Of a DNA stretch of 64,000 nucleotides, positions 47,745 through 60,073 are shown piece after piece (within the stretch, counting starts at the first letter, position 1; each line of letters starts with the position of its first letter). The notes below the pieces were generated by a model. It was not told the origin of the DNA. It ran no database searches and saw only the letters and a program-made list of their open reading frames with translations. The DNA is from Convolutriloba macropyga. Its lineage: Eukaryota. The stretch is from contig NC_134479.1 of NCBI RefSeq assembly GCF_964194025.1, positions 16,988,001 through 17,052,000 on the forward strand, written 5' to 3'. Position numbers and translations under genes: made by a program.

Positions 47745-50700
47745 ATACCAACCCCACTTTAGTGGGAAGGAATTGTATACTCAAACGGTTTTTTGCTCAG
47801 TCAATTTTTGCCGATCGGTATTTATCGTACATATTTGAGAAAAATTACCCAAAAAGTTGGAAGAAACCATTCAGTATCCATCCTTTATCTTTAAAGATAA
47901 AACCACTAACACTTGTTGACAATTTTATCCCACTTTTTGACAAAATTGATGAAAATTTTTTAAAAAATTAAGGAAAACTTTAATGAAAACAACGGAGTTC
48001 GGTCTACTAAGGACAAAATTTTAACACTCAATAAATCCCTGGAAAAACTGGATTTCAAAAATTAATTTAATTATTATTCCTTATAATTCGTTATAATTAA
48101 AGATTTTGAAAATTCATTCTTCCAGGGATTTATCGAGGTTGAAAATTTTTCAAATCGTTGACCGATCTTCGTTGATTTCATGCACATTTTCGGTATTTAT
48201 TTTACAAAAATTTGCTAAAATTTGATAAAATTGTCAACAACAGTGTTATTGGTTTCATCTAAAAAGATACAGGAGGGATACTCAATCGTTTCTTCAAATT
48301 TTTTTCTTAACTTTCTGCTATATTATTCGAATTGCAAACTTTTTCGTCAAAAAAGGCTCTCAATTTGGTTTGTTTAAGCTCACTTTGTGAAAGTTTAACC
48401 AAAATTGAGACTTGAATACTCAATCTTTCTTCTTTTTTAAGTGAAATAAAATTTAGTTTCAATGTTAGTTTTACTTATAATTAATGGTTTATTGGCTTTG
48501 GTACTACCATTTTTAAAAAAAATAGGTTGTTTTTATTGAATATTTGCGCATTTTTAAGGTTCTTTTTGTTTACTTGACAAACTATCGCGTTAATGAAAGG
48601 TCCAATGGGGAATTATTGTGTTCTCAATAGAAAATATTTAAAAGTTCTGGTGTTTTTTTAGTTTTGACGGCCGCGACATCGTTCTCTTGTCAAATTTAAT
48701 GGATTTTTGAACTTTTATCAGTGCTCATTGTCCTTTTTGTGGTTTTCCAGCAATGCATTCCTCCAGGTATTTAAAAGAAACAATATAAAGATTTCACTCC
48801 ATAGCTAAAGGTTTTGACGACTTTAAAATTAAAAAATTTCCAAAAACAAACGTAAATTTGAAACTACCCCTTATTTTTCTTGATTTTCTCATGGTGTCAC
48901 TTAGTCTCTTTTGACATTTTTGTTTACTTTTTTGAGTTAAAATATTTTTTTGTTAATACGCTTTGGGTATATGGTTTATAATGTCGCACATTTTTTAGTT
49001 GTTTCAATACTGTAGATTCGTAAAATTGTTTCTGAAATTTTGAATTCTGTCCGTATTTTTTGCAGACGCCGGACTCAGTCTCTTTAATCAATTACATCCA
49101 CTTCGCTTCTTCACTTGGAAAAAGTAAATTTAAATCAAGTGTTCTTTAAAGGCTCTTGTGACTTTGTATATGATTGTTTATAGATAATGTCCGTGAATTT
49201 GTGAACTTCGCATCTTTTTGTCTTACTTATGTCAACTTTAAGATGTGTCTCAGTAAAGGCAGTCAATTCTCCTCTTGTGTATGTAAAAGAACCTCTAATT
49301 TCAATGTTGGTTTTATTTATAATTAATGGTTTCTTGGCTTTGGTGCTATCCGTTTCTTTTTTTTATATAAACGTGATTTTTACATGTTGATTTTTTGATG
49401 TTCTTGTTTACTTGGCAAAATAATGCTTAAATGACAGGTCCGATTGGCGTTTGAATTGTTCAAAATGGTTTTTATTTAATGTCTTTGTAATTATTTCAAC
49501 CAGAAACCTAATTGATGTTTTTTTTGCGTTTTCTAAACAAAATTCAACAATTTCTCTCCCAAATTCTATCAGATTTTCTAATTTTTCGTTCTTTTTGTTG
49601 TTTGCAACATATTTCGGAAAATGAAAGGTTGCAATGCCTTTTTTTGATGTAATTGAACCAATTTATTGAATTCAGTTTTTAGCTAACGATTCTAATGACA
49701 TTCAAATTAAATAATTTAAAAAAGTACTTTGAAGCTACAATTTTGTTCTTGATTTTGTCATTTTATCATGCTATTTAGTTTTTTTGACAGTTCTTATCAA
49801 ATTTCTGCTGAACCACAAAACATTTTTCTAGTGGTTGTTTGTTTTTGTCTTATGGTTTATAATGTCTCATATTTTTAGTGGTTTCAATACTGTAGTTTCG
49901 TAAAATTAATTTTGAAGCTTTAAGTTCTCTCCGTATTTGATTTTTGTAGCCTTACGACTTAGTCTTAGTATTATCTGGCCGAGTTGACTTCCTAACAAAT
50001 GAAAGATGACCCGTATTTGTTTTTAGTTAAAAGCTTAATTATCTTTTTAATGATTTTGGAAAAAGTTTGTTTCAAAAAATCAATGAATTTTTGAACTCTT
50101 ATTACTTTTATCTTACTTCTGTCAACAATTAGCGGGCATCGGTAAAGATAGATCGTATCCTCTTTCTAGCAAGCTAAATTTCCATCTATTTAGTGCTTTG
50201 TTTTCAACTAATCATTTGTTGGCTTCGATGCTACGCAATTTCATTTAAAAAAGTGATTTCTGTATATCTGCCCAATTTTGAAGTGGGTTTATATTTTCCT
50301 TGGCCCTATATCCTTAAAAGGGAGAGATCTTGTCGCGTTGGTAAAATAAGAGTGCGCATTTGAACCTATTTAATGTCCTCAGCGAATTGATTTTGGTTTT
50401 AATGGCGGCGACTGCGTTTTTACTGGTTAATATTTTTGATATTTTAAAAATCTTTGACTGTCTTTTTTGTTCTTTTTGTAGTCGTTGGACATTTTCTGGA
50501 TAATGACACCTCTCAATTGCTTCTTCAAAAAGGTATAAAAAAGAGGTATCAGTTGCTTCCACAATTATACCTCAAGAGGAATAAATTAACCTTTTTAATG
50601 ATCTTAATTGATACCTGTTGGTTTTAATCACTTAGAATAAAATAGTTTACAAAAAATGAAATTTGTTTTTGAACGTTAGACCAGATTCCATGACTTTTTG

Positions 50701-51022
50701 TGCAGGACGGTCTAATTTGTATTGTTTAGATTTTTATTTGAGGCTATTTTGATTTTGTTGTGGTTTTGTTGTGACTTAAATCGGGTTTATATGTTTGTTA
50801 TTTTTTAAAATTTAAGTTTTTCTTTTGTCTTTCTCTCGTTAATAGCAGGTCTCCTCGGCCATTTAACGCGGCATTACTTTATTCATTTAGTGATATGCTC
50901 AACAATATGTAAATTTCTTGACGTTTTCTGTCTCTTCCTCATTGGGTAGACAATTATGTCAAAAATGTGGATGAGAGGGGTCGGAACCTTATGTGCGAAC
51001 GCACATTACCGAGCCTCCTTCT
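47745..51022 (+). mobile_element. Helentron/DINE-1-like element, family 2 (~3.3 kb)
   Basis: 5' end homologous to 60074; 3' GGGGTCGGAAC (50977-50987) + stem-loop ATGTGCG-AA-CGCACAT; internal ~880-bp tandem repeats and a long inverted repeat. Confidence 0.7.
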
Positions 51023-51492
51023 TTTTAAGTAATTCTTATGAGATTGGTGTTTTTGGCTTTATTTTTGGTGCAAAACTGCTGTGTCTCTGGAGACAAATTT
51101 TATTGGCTTGTTGAATTTAGAAACATTGGAATTGCCAGACGACTAATCGACTATTTAAAATTGGTTTAGGAAGAAATGTCATATGGGATCTTTTAAGTTG
51201 AGTTTTTTCAAGGCATTGAGCTTGTCCGATAAGTTTTTATAAAACCTCGCACGATATTTGTTCGAGAAACTGTAATATTATCTTATAAGAAGCGATAAGA
51301 GTTGCATCAAATCACAAATAATGAGTTTTGATTTAATGTCTGATATGAGGTTTATCATGACAAAGATTCTGGGATCACTGGGAGATGAAAAGAATTGTGG
51401 CTTGATTAGAATTTATACAAAGGCGCGTAAGTAAAATTTGACCATTACAAAATTAATAGATAGTTAAATTTTGATTTTTAACCGGTATTAGT

Positions 51493-52505
51493 TGCAGAAT
51501 TTTTTACTTTGCTTGGGCTGACTAGCTGGGAACCGACTAGCGCCCAAAATTCTAACAAACTAAAAGGGGTGTTCTGATGGCTCTCAGACCTCTACTGGAG
51601 GGTTACTTTGTGCCCACGCTGCTCTTGTTGGCTGTAAGAAATTCTAGTGGGAATAAAGAATTGATTCGAGTAATTAAATAAGATCAAGTGAATGAACAAG
51701 AAATGTAAAAGATCACAAAAGCAAACCAAAAATCAACCAGAGATTTATTATAAAAGTTGGTTCACAACTTTAACTTTGTAACCAAACTCACAACTAAAAG
51801 AGCTACTGTTAAAAGAGCTAACGAGAACAGTGCTACTGTTCTCTCAATTCTACAATCTCTCAAGCAGCTTGATCTAACTGCGGTTCTCCGGTGTTCTGAT
51901 TTCCAATCGTGCAAAGCGGTGTTCTGAATTTATCAAGTCAGTTCAGCTATCTCAACAAAGTTTTCGTTATCACAACTTCTCTACAGGTCGACTCCTAAGC
52001 TACAGCTCTGTTATTGTACTGTTCTGGTAATGGTTTTTAATCTACCCCTTAGTAACTAATCAAGCAACAACGTACAAGAGTGATCAAACAAGAGAATTTG
52101 TTAACCTCGCATTATTGACCACATTAATTATGCCGTTCCTTATGTAAAGTTTGTTATGACTTCAAATAAACAATTAAATGACCTGAACGCCTTCTTCCTT
52201 ATTTACTTCTAAACCAGCTATTCAAATTAAAACAATAGCAATATCAGACTTATGACGCTACCAATTATGCACTGGGTCATCTTCAGAGCTTCAGAGTTGT
52301 TCCAGCTCATTTCAGACTATACCTATGAAATAGTTTCTCAGCCCCCTTCTCCAAACAATATATAGTATCATAATGAAAATTGGCAAATTATATCTATACA
52401 TCACTCTCTAAAAACTTGCGAAACATGGGAAATGTTCACTTTGTTTCATCTCATTGGTACGATTGCTGCTCTAGAAGGTGAAACTCAAATTTTCCGAATT
52501 CTACG
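51493..52505 (-). repeat. 3' LTR
   Basis: Direct repeat of 57795-58823; terminal bases mutated (TGCAG.../...CTACG). Confidence 0.92.
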
Positions 52506-55500
52506 ATCCTCCCTTCTACACTATTATTCTCCCGAATAATTGTTAAGAATCTGTTTGATCTTATTTTCCAACATTGTTTAATACTCATGAAGTTTCGTTT
52601 TTTTTATTCTCAGATTTATATTACTCATATCAGTTTTCTTTGCATACACACCTTACTTTTTCCATTACTAAATCCACAACACTTCGCAACAGGCTTATTC
52701 ACTTAAGTTAGCACTAGTGGACCAATTTGTGAACCATCGCTAACTACAAATGAGTTTTTTATAGAACATCAACATATTATGCCTCTGTCTATAGATACAA
52801 CACATAACAACTAATATAGAGGCAACACAATTCCATTTTGTTACGTCTTATCTACACAATAACTGGTTAGTTGAACCATCGAATCTTTACAACATTTACT
52901 CCTTCAAACAATTCCGGTAACTCCAAATTAAAATTACTCGTGATTCAACTCACCTTGCTAATACTATTTCAAGGTTAGTTAAATGCCACATTAGCTAAAA
53001 TTCACAAACCAAGTTTCTGTGTTTAACCACTGATACTTTACGCACCCTCTACTAGTTACAGTTTGGACAAAAATATCAAGCAATTATTTCACTACAAAAA
53101 CAAACTTAACACCATTAACCAATATTTCGGATTAACTTTAGCTTTTTAACGACCAATGATTAGACAGAAAAAAATTGAAAAACCAGATGATATATTAAAT
53201 TAAGACCAAGCTATCGTGCTGAAGTTTATGAAACCGACTGTACCTTCCCAAAACCGTTCTTCTTTCGATTCTTGAATGGATGTCCTATCTCCTCACTGGA
53301 CCGCAACCTCACATCTGGAGGTCTCCTCTTCTAGCACCATTTCCTGATCAGCTTCAGCCTTTTCCATCTATCCTTCCGACTTGTCTGAAGCCACATTGTC
53401 CCTCATGACATCGGGTCTCGACAACCGTTGAAAGAGAATCCCCTCTGACAGAACTCGTCCCTTCTCATAATGAAATTCGACTACTGACAGAGACTCCCCT
53501 TTTTGTTGTAGACTACATCACTTGCGCTATCAAAAGTTGGGGACTACACAATTGGCATTGAATCAACCTCCTCGCGTCTGCAAAATTCGTTTAAAGACCC
53601 CAAACAAAATGGATAACATTCCCTTCGAGGGCCTAGGCCTTGACTAACACAGTTAAAAGCCGCTCCCATTCAAAACCTTAGGTCATCGGAGTATCTTTCT
53701 ACCATCCACACATTGCTGTGCCTTGTATCTCCCTCATTAAGTCTCTAAAAACTCTGCTCCCTCGACTCCTGTATTCAATTGGGGGTCCGCATATCTGTCC
53801 TCCACCATATCTGATGTCATGCCATTATTAATTTCTGATTGTTCCGAGGAACCTCCAGCTTCATTTTCAAGAGTAGACCAAAAGTCCAACTCTTCGGTTG
53901 TGATCACACACAACACACCAATTGTCAAGTCTGGTTGCGCTTCCTCTACATCTGTATCGTAGATCAATTCGTCAGTGCTCGAGAGTGCCCTGCCTTTGCC
54001 TAATTCAACCTGCTTTCTGCTTGTTTCACTCAACTACTCAAACTTCTTCAAGTCCTTCTATGTACACCTTACATCAAAACTCACTTTTCGCGCTTAACTG
54101 AACTTCAAACACCTTTTTCCTGAGGTCGTTTTAAGCAAAGGATTTTCTCGCTTGCTAAAGCTACTCCGTGACCCGCTTCAATCCTCAATCTTAACCGAAG
54201 ACTCCGATTGCTATCTCCTGAACTGATTGGTTGTCTGAGCTCACTTTCAGATCTCTGCAAACTTTCACTACGCGGCGGAAAGATTGATGTGTCCATCACA
54301 CTCTCTGAACCCAAGGACATTTTTCAGACCTTGGAACGTAATTCTTAAATACTTGCTTGAGCCTCTTCAAATCTTGTTCTTGTCTCAACTCGTTTGTTTC
54401 TACCTAGGAACATCCTGAAGTGTTGTCCTGCTCATTTCGACTATTCGGTTTTACTGCTAAGATCTGTGAAATATTGGCTCTATCCAACTTCCAAAATTTT
54501 TTCATGATAGCCAACATTAGAAAAAGCAAGAAATCTAACCAAGCAAAAACGTATCCAACCAATGTCCCGAAAACCGACAAAAAATCGCAAGACTCTACAC
54601 GCCATTGCCTATCCGTGACATCACTGCTTCCTCTTTCTCCAAGATGAACCATCCTAATAGTCTCTATTAATTCGTTATAGCTATGAAAATAGCTCGCCAA
54701 CCGAACGACCTACGCGAATACTTCATCAACCTGAGGGTAATCTGATGTAGCCTCCCACATCAAAATGGTATCACAAGCTCTGCCTAATACTTGAACTTTT
54801 TTCTTTAGATCAACTGTTTCAAACTCGTTTGTCCAACTTCCAATTTCTTCCTGATCGCTGGTGCCTTATATTCAAACTTTCCTTAAAAAGTTTCACTTTT
54901 TGGCAACGATAGCAATTGAGGCCTTTTCTTTAATTCGTCATTGGTCCTCTGCGTAACTTCCCCTGCCGATATGCAGTGGCCAAGCTTGCAAATCCAATGA
55001 GCTTTCTCTTCTGTTGGCTTTGGTGCCATGACCACCGCAGCTGTCTTCCACAACGCTTTCCTAAACTCTCGAAATCACGTCGAGTTGCACTTCTTCTTTA
55101 ATTGAAGTGCAATTGTCAAAAACTTCTTCCAGTCAGCAGTTGACGTGCCTGTTCCACCCAATTGAAAAATTCTTGCTGTATCACAGTACAGAGATGCTTT
55201 ATAACACCTCGAAAATACTTGAGATCTATCTTGCCCATCTTCACCTCGGAACCTCTGGACTATGCCTCTGCTACTTTCAAAATGAACAATTGTCCATGTA
55301 CTAATTAACTCAAAATCTTGAAAATCCACCATTGTTTTAAAAACTACACACAGTTTTAGTGGTCTGCCTTTAAAGTCACCCGGGTCGTCAGTCCTTTGAA
55401 TTTGTCTAAATATTTCTCCAAACCTATTTTTTGTGATTCTATACATCGCCCAGGTTCAGAACTAACGCTTGCGGAACCAACGAAACCATTACCTTTCATT

Positions 55501-57774
55501 TTGTCTTTATTTTCGTTTCGAAAAGACTCCTCTTCAATTCTACTAGGGACACAGCCCCATTTCTTAGGCAAACGTGGAACTTCTTCAATTTTTCTACGGT
55601 GCAAATCTCTTCAACCAAATTAGCTCTAAGATTGTCCTCAGCTAGACATTTTGCATAAATTCTATGAATGGACTCTATTTCTCTAAAACAAACGTCAAAG
55701 CCTCCTACTAGAGACGGAAACTCAGGTGCCATGAGAGGTACGTCCTTAAGGCTTTTCTTCTTGAGTAAATCCAAAGAACTCAGTAGGAACCTAACTTTCC
55801 TCATTCTCACTTCCTTCATAGTCCAAATCGCTCACAAAGAGGCAGTCCTCTCCTCCATTGTTTGCTGGTAAGTTGTCAACGTAATAGAAAAACCTTCAGG
55901 CGTAACTCTTTTCTCTAACTTTGACAAGAACTTTTTCTTACTCCCCTCCTGTAGTCTTCTCTGATCCTTGCTCTTTATATCACGGCGCTGCCTTTCCTCC
56001 TCTTCCTTTTTGAACCCGTGATTGTAACTCTCTATCCCCCGAAACTTTTTGTGCATCAAAATTTTTGCATTGTTCAACTCTTTTACAATCGTTTTCTTTT
56101 CCTCGACAGGCTTCTTCACCAAATTTTTTAAGTGACTTCTTTTTGAACTACATAGAAGCAATATTCGTCTCGAGTCATTCACTAGGGATCACAATTATTT
56201 CCTGTCCGGTGCTTTGATTGTACCGATACTTAATACCTACTTGCTATTCCCTGTTTACTTCTAACATACGCAGACCTAATTGTACTGCTTGCTCCTCACT
56301 CAATTGTAGCAAATCTACCACGTTCTGGAAGTTTCTCATTGCTTCTTCTTGATTACTGCATCCCGTTCTCTCTAATTCCGAACCAACTTCACTTAGCTCA
56401 AAATCTTCCTCTGAGTTCTCGCTTAAGAAGTGTTTTATCCAGCCTTCTGCTTGACCATTCTCACTCTCCGCTTTCTCTTCCATTACACTTCTTCCCCTAA
56501 TTCTACCGGTGTCCGTACGATCACAGTTTTTTCCCTACTTATAGATATATAGATAGCCTATTCTCAATAATGTCAAAGTATTGTCCTAACGACATTACCA
56601 CTTCACCAGTTTCCGACAACCAAAACCTGAAAGGCAAATCCGAAACCGCTTGCAACGCCCAACATCTCAATAGACTAAGCATAGACTCCATAAGCTTGAT
56701 CCTCACTCATTTGTAACACTTCTGCAACGTTAAGGTAGTACCTCCTCCAGTCCTCCCAATTCGGAAACCTTTTTGATGGAAAATACTCTTCAAACAAACG
56801 GGAACGCACTCCATTCCATGTTTACTAAATAATTAAGTATCTTTTTCTTTCTCTACATATTCGTGGTGTTCCTCGGCTCGAACTCTTTCTACTCTGTCTA
56901 ACAGTCCTCTATGTCTGAGAAGAACCCTTAGCCTCGCACGTCTGCTAAATCCAGTTCCTCCACTCATATCAGTAACTACCGTTTCTCTAACATGACCTAA
57001 TCTGCTCTACCACGCTACTCTAACGACCTGCTGCTGTTGAACCACCACTGGCATTTTTCAAGCTTCTTCTTTTCTCTCTGCCTTCAGAGTCAAACTCTCT
57101 AGCTTGTGCTCCTTCAAGTTCAAGGAAGGATTAAACATGTGGAAAATCTCTCTCTCTCTCTCTCTCTACTCAACTCTACTCACCAACCTTGCACGCACAA
57201 CTGTCACTTGCCAAATACCAGCTTACCAACTTCACGTTCTAAGCTGTCGAAACTGTGAATTGGCTTTCTTTCTTCAAGAAAAACCAATTACTAACAATGA
57301 CAGTCTTGAATAACTTGCTCTCACGTATATTTTCCCTCTTTAGACCACCTCTAACTCTCTGTTCGCAACTCTCACTTTACCTTGCCTCTCAAATCTCTTG
57401 ATCTTCGTCAAGGCACTGTAACAACCTTCGCTTGGAAAGCTGATACTCTACTCAATTCTCTGCACAGACTCAGCCTCACGCAACTTACGCTCTTGACTAA
57501 GTCAAAACACACTCTCCTCTAATCTCAAGAAAAACTAAATGTTAACAATACCCACAGTCGAACTCCAACTCAACTGAAAACTGCTCTGCACTTTAACTTT
57601 CTCTCTTTCTCTCTCAGTCAAGCTCCAAGTTGACTCTGTCCGCGAGTTTCTCTTTCTTCCCTCCTCGCACAAGTCATTTCTCCTTCACTCTCTTGTTCGC
57701 ACTTGCAAAGTCCAACGTCCAACTACAACCACCACAGCCGTCAATCAACTCCAACTGTCAAGAGGTCTCGAGAT

Positions 57775-57793
57775 AGCCCACTCAGGAGCGCCA
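57775..57793 (-). promoter_or_regulatory. Primer binding site, tRNA-Asn-like
   Basis: TGGCGCTCCTGAGTGGGCT, 1 nt from the 5' LTR end; resembles the complement of metazoan tRNA-Asn 3' ends. Confidence 0.65.
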
Positions 57794-57794
57794 C

Positions 57795-58823
57795 TGTAGA
57801 ATTTTTTACTTTGCTTAGGCTGACTAGCTGGGGACCGACTAGTACCCAAAACTCTAACAAAGTGAAAGGGGTGTTTTGATTGCTCTCAGACTTCTATTGA
57901 AGGGATTACTTTGTCCATACACTGCTCTTGTCGGCTGTAAGAAATTCTAGTTGGAACAATGAGTTGATTCGAGTAACCAAATAACATCAAATGAATGAAC
58001 AAGAAATGTAAAAGATCACAAAATCAAATCAAAATCAACTAGAGTTTTATTATAAAAGATGGTTCACAACTTTAACTCTGTAACCAAACTCTCAACTAAA
58101 GAGTTACTGATCTCTCAATTCTACAAGCTCTCAATTAAGTTACTTGATCTAACTGCGGTTCTCCGGTGTTCACGGTATTCTGAGTTCCAATCGCTCAAAC
58201 CGGTGTTGTTGTTTCCAATCGCGCAAAGCGTTTTTCTGAGTTTATCAAGTCAGTTCATCTCACTCAACAATGTTTTCGTTATCACATCTTTTCTACAGGT
58301 CAACTCTTAAGCTACAGCTCTGTTATGGTACTGGTTTGATAATCGTTTTTGTTCTATTCCTTAGTAACTAATCAGGCAACAACGTACAAGAGTGACCAAA
58401 CAAAAGAATTTGTTCACCTCGCATTATTGACCACATTAGTTATGCCGTTCCTTATGTAAAGTTTGTTATGACTTCAAATGAACAATTGAATGACCCGAAC
58501 GCCTTCTTCATTGCTTACTTCTAAACAAGCTATTCAAACTAAAACAATAGAAATATCAGACTTATGACGCTACCAATTATGCACTGGGTCATCTTCAGAG
58601 CTTCAGAGTTGTTCCAGCTCATTTCAGACTACCTATGAAATAGTTTCTCAGCCCCCTTCTCCAAACAATATATAGTATCATGATGAAAATTGGCAAATTA
58701 TATCTATACATCACTCTCTAAAAAGTTGCGAAACATGGGAAAATGAAAAGGGAACTATGCACTTTGTCTCAATGGTACGATTGCCGCTCTAGAAGTTGAA
58801 AATCAGATTTTCCGAATTCTACA
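57795..58823 (-). repeat. 5' LTR
   Basis: Intact TG...CA ends with a 9-bp terminal inverted repeat. Confidence 0.92.
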
Positions 58824-58898
58824 TTAGTTTTTGAAGGAAATTTTTTCTTTATTCTCCAAAAAGGGAAAGGGGTTCCAAATTTCTCCTCTTTTACATAC

Positions 58899-59039
58899 CT
58901 CTCTCCAAACATGCAGTTCTTCGTATTTTCTCCAGTACTGTCCTTCTATATCGGTGCTGTATCTCAACTTGAACTTCTTAACAGTTGTGTTCATGTTGAT
59001 GTAGATACGAGATAGGTAGTAATCGTCTACCAGGGCAAC
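58899..59039 (-). CDS. Discoidin/Asp-box protein, exon (F5/8C middle)
   Basis: GTTTAG|GTT ... GAG|GTATGT; VKKFKLRYSTDIEGQYWRKYEE matches discoidin VxxFxLxYSxDGxxW; phase 0 joins to 47617. Confidence 0.82.
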
Positions 59040-59156
59040 CTAAACACATGGCATGAAAACATTGTTTGATCTCGTGAACTAAATATTTCACTCAGAAATT
59101 AATTAGTTTGCCCGTTTTTAATATTCTTAAGTATAATTTAGTATCAACTAATTGAC

Positions 59157-59338
59157 CTTGAACTTCTGTGCGACCGAATACTGTCCTCCCCAGTTGCTAG
59201 ACTTGAATCCTTTGTCACTTAGAAGGAAGCTCTCTGTGAGTGGGTAGACAATCGGGTCCAGGTAAGTTGAGGCTGAGAACTGGCAAGGGTTGTTCATATC
59301 CAGGTTGTGTATGTCAATGAGCAGGTCACATGAAGACT
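59157..59338 (-). CDS. Discoidin/Asp-box protein, exon (F5/8C start)
   Basis: TTCAG|AG ... AAG|GT; SSCDLL...CQFSASTY matches the discoidin N-terminal C...QxxASS pattern. Confidence 0.8.
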
Positions 59339-59572
59339 CTGAACAGTTTCACATGCACCAAATTTGCTGACGTCATCTTAATCTAATCTGGTGATAATCA
59401 TCGATATTTAATTGTTATAAAATAACTTATTATCGCAAGTTATTTATGAATAATTGTGTTACCCCTCTAATTTTCAATTGACACCGCGTTTTTTCAATAT
59501 GGATTGAGATGGCCCTTTTTTATGACCCCTTTTTGGCTCGTGAAAATTACACCAAGTTTTATTGGGACAGAC

Positions 59573-59778
59573 CTTGTACGAAGAGTTGAATCAGCTCTGT
59601 ACTGATTTTTGGAGAGTAAAGAGTGTTCGCGTCTCTGTCGTCTGTGTCTCGGTAGAACTTCTTGTAGAAGTGTTCCATGGGAAGAGCTGTGAAGTAGATC
59701 CTGGCTACAGTGAAGTACTCGTGACTGGCTGCGAACTCAAAAGTGACGTTGAATCGCAAGTACTCCGTCTTTTGAATG
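59573..59778 (-). CDS. Discoidin/Asp-box protein, most 5' exon in window
   Basis: TTTTTCAG|C ... CAAG|GT, phases compatible with the next exon; beta-rich YLRFNVTFEF; upstream exons lie beyond 64000. Confidence 0.7.
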
Positions 59779-60073
59779 CTGAAAAATGACTAGCACTTTA
59801 ATTATTCGGATTTGCATATTTCTGCAATGTAAAATATAGTTAAAAATGTTTCCAAAAAACAGAAACAAAATAATTATCCTCAAAAAAATTACAGTGCCAA
59901 TCAATACAAATTGTGTATTACAGACCAGCGCCCCTGCCAAACGGAACTTGAGCAAGATTAGCACAAAATTCAAAAGGAGAATTTAGGACTGGAATTTGTG
60001 ACGAAATTCATTACCGTATTCGACAAATAAGCAGGTGAGCATGTTTTGGAACAGTAACTTTATCTATTTGGCG

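Larger units (their letters stand above)
51493..58823 (-). mobile_element. LTR retrotransposon, decayed, no recognisable pol
   Basis: Two ~1-kb LTRs with TGTAGAATT...AATTCTACA ends; TSD TTAGT (51488-51492, 58824-58828); PBS next to the 5' LTR and PPT AGAAGGGAGGAT next to the 3' LTR. Confidence 0.93.
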
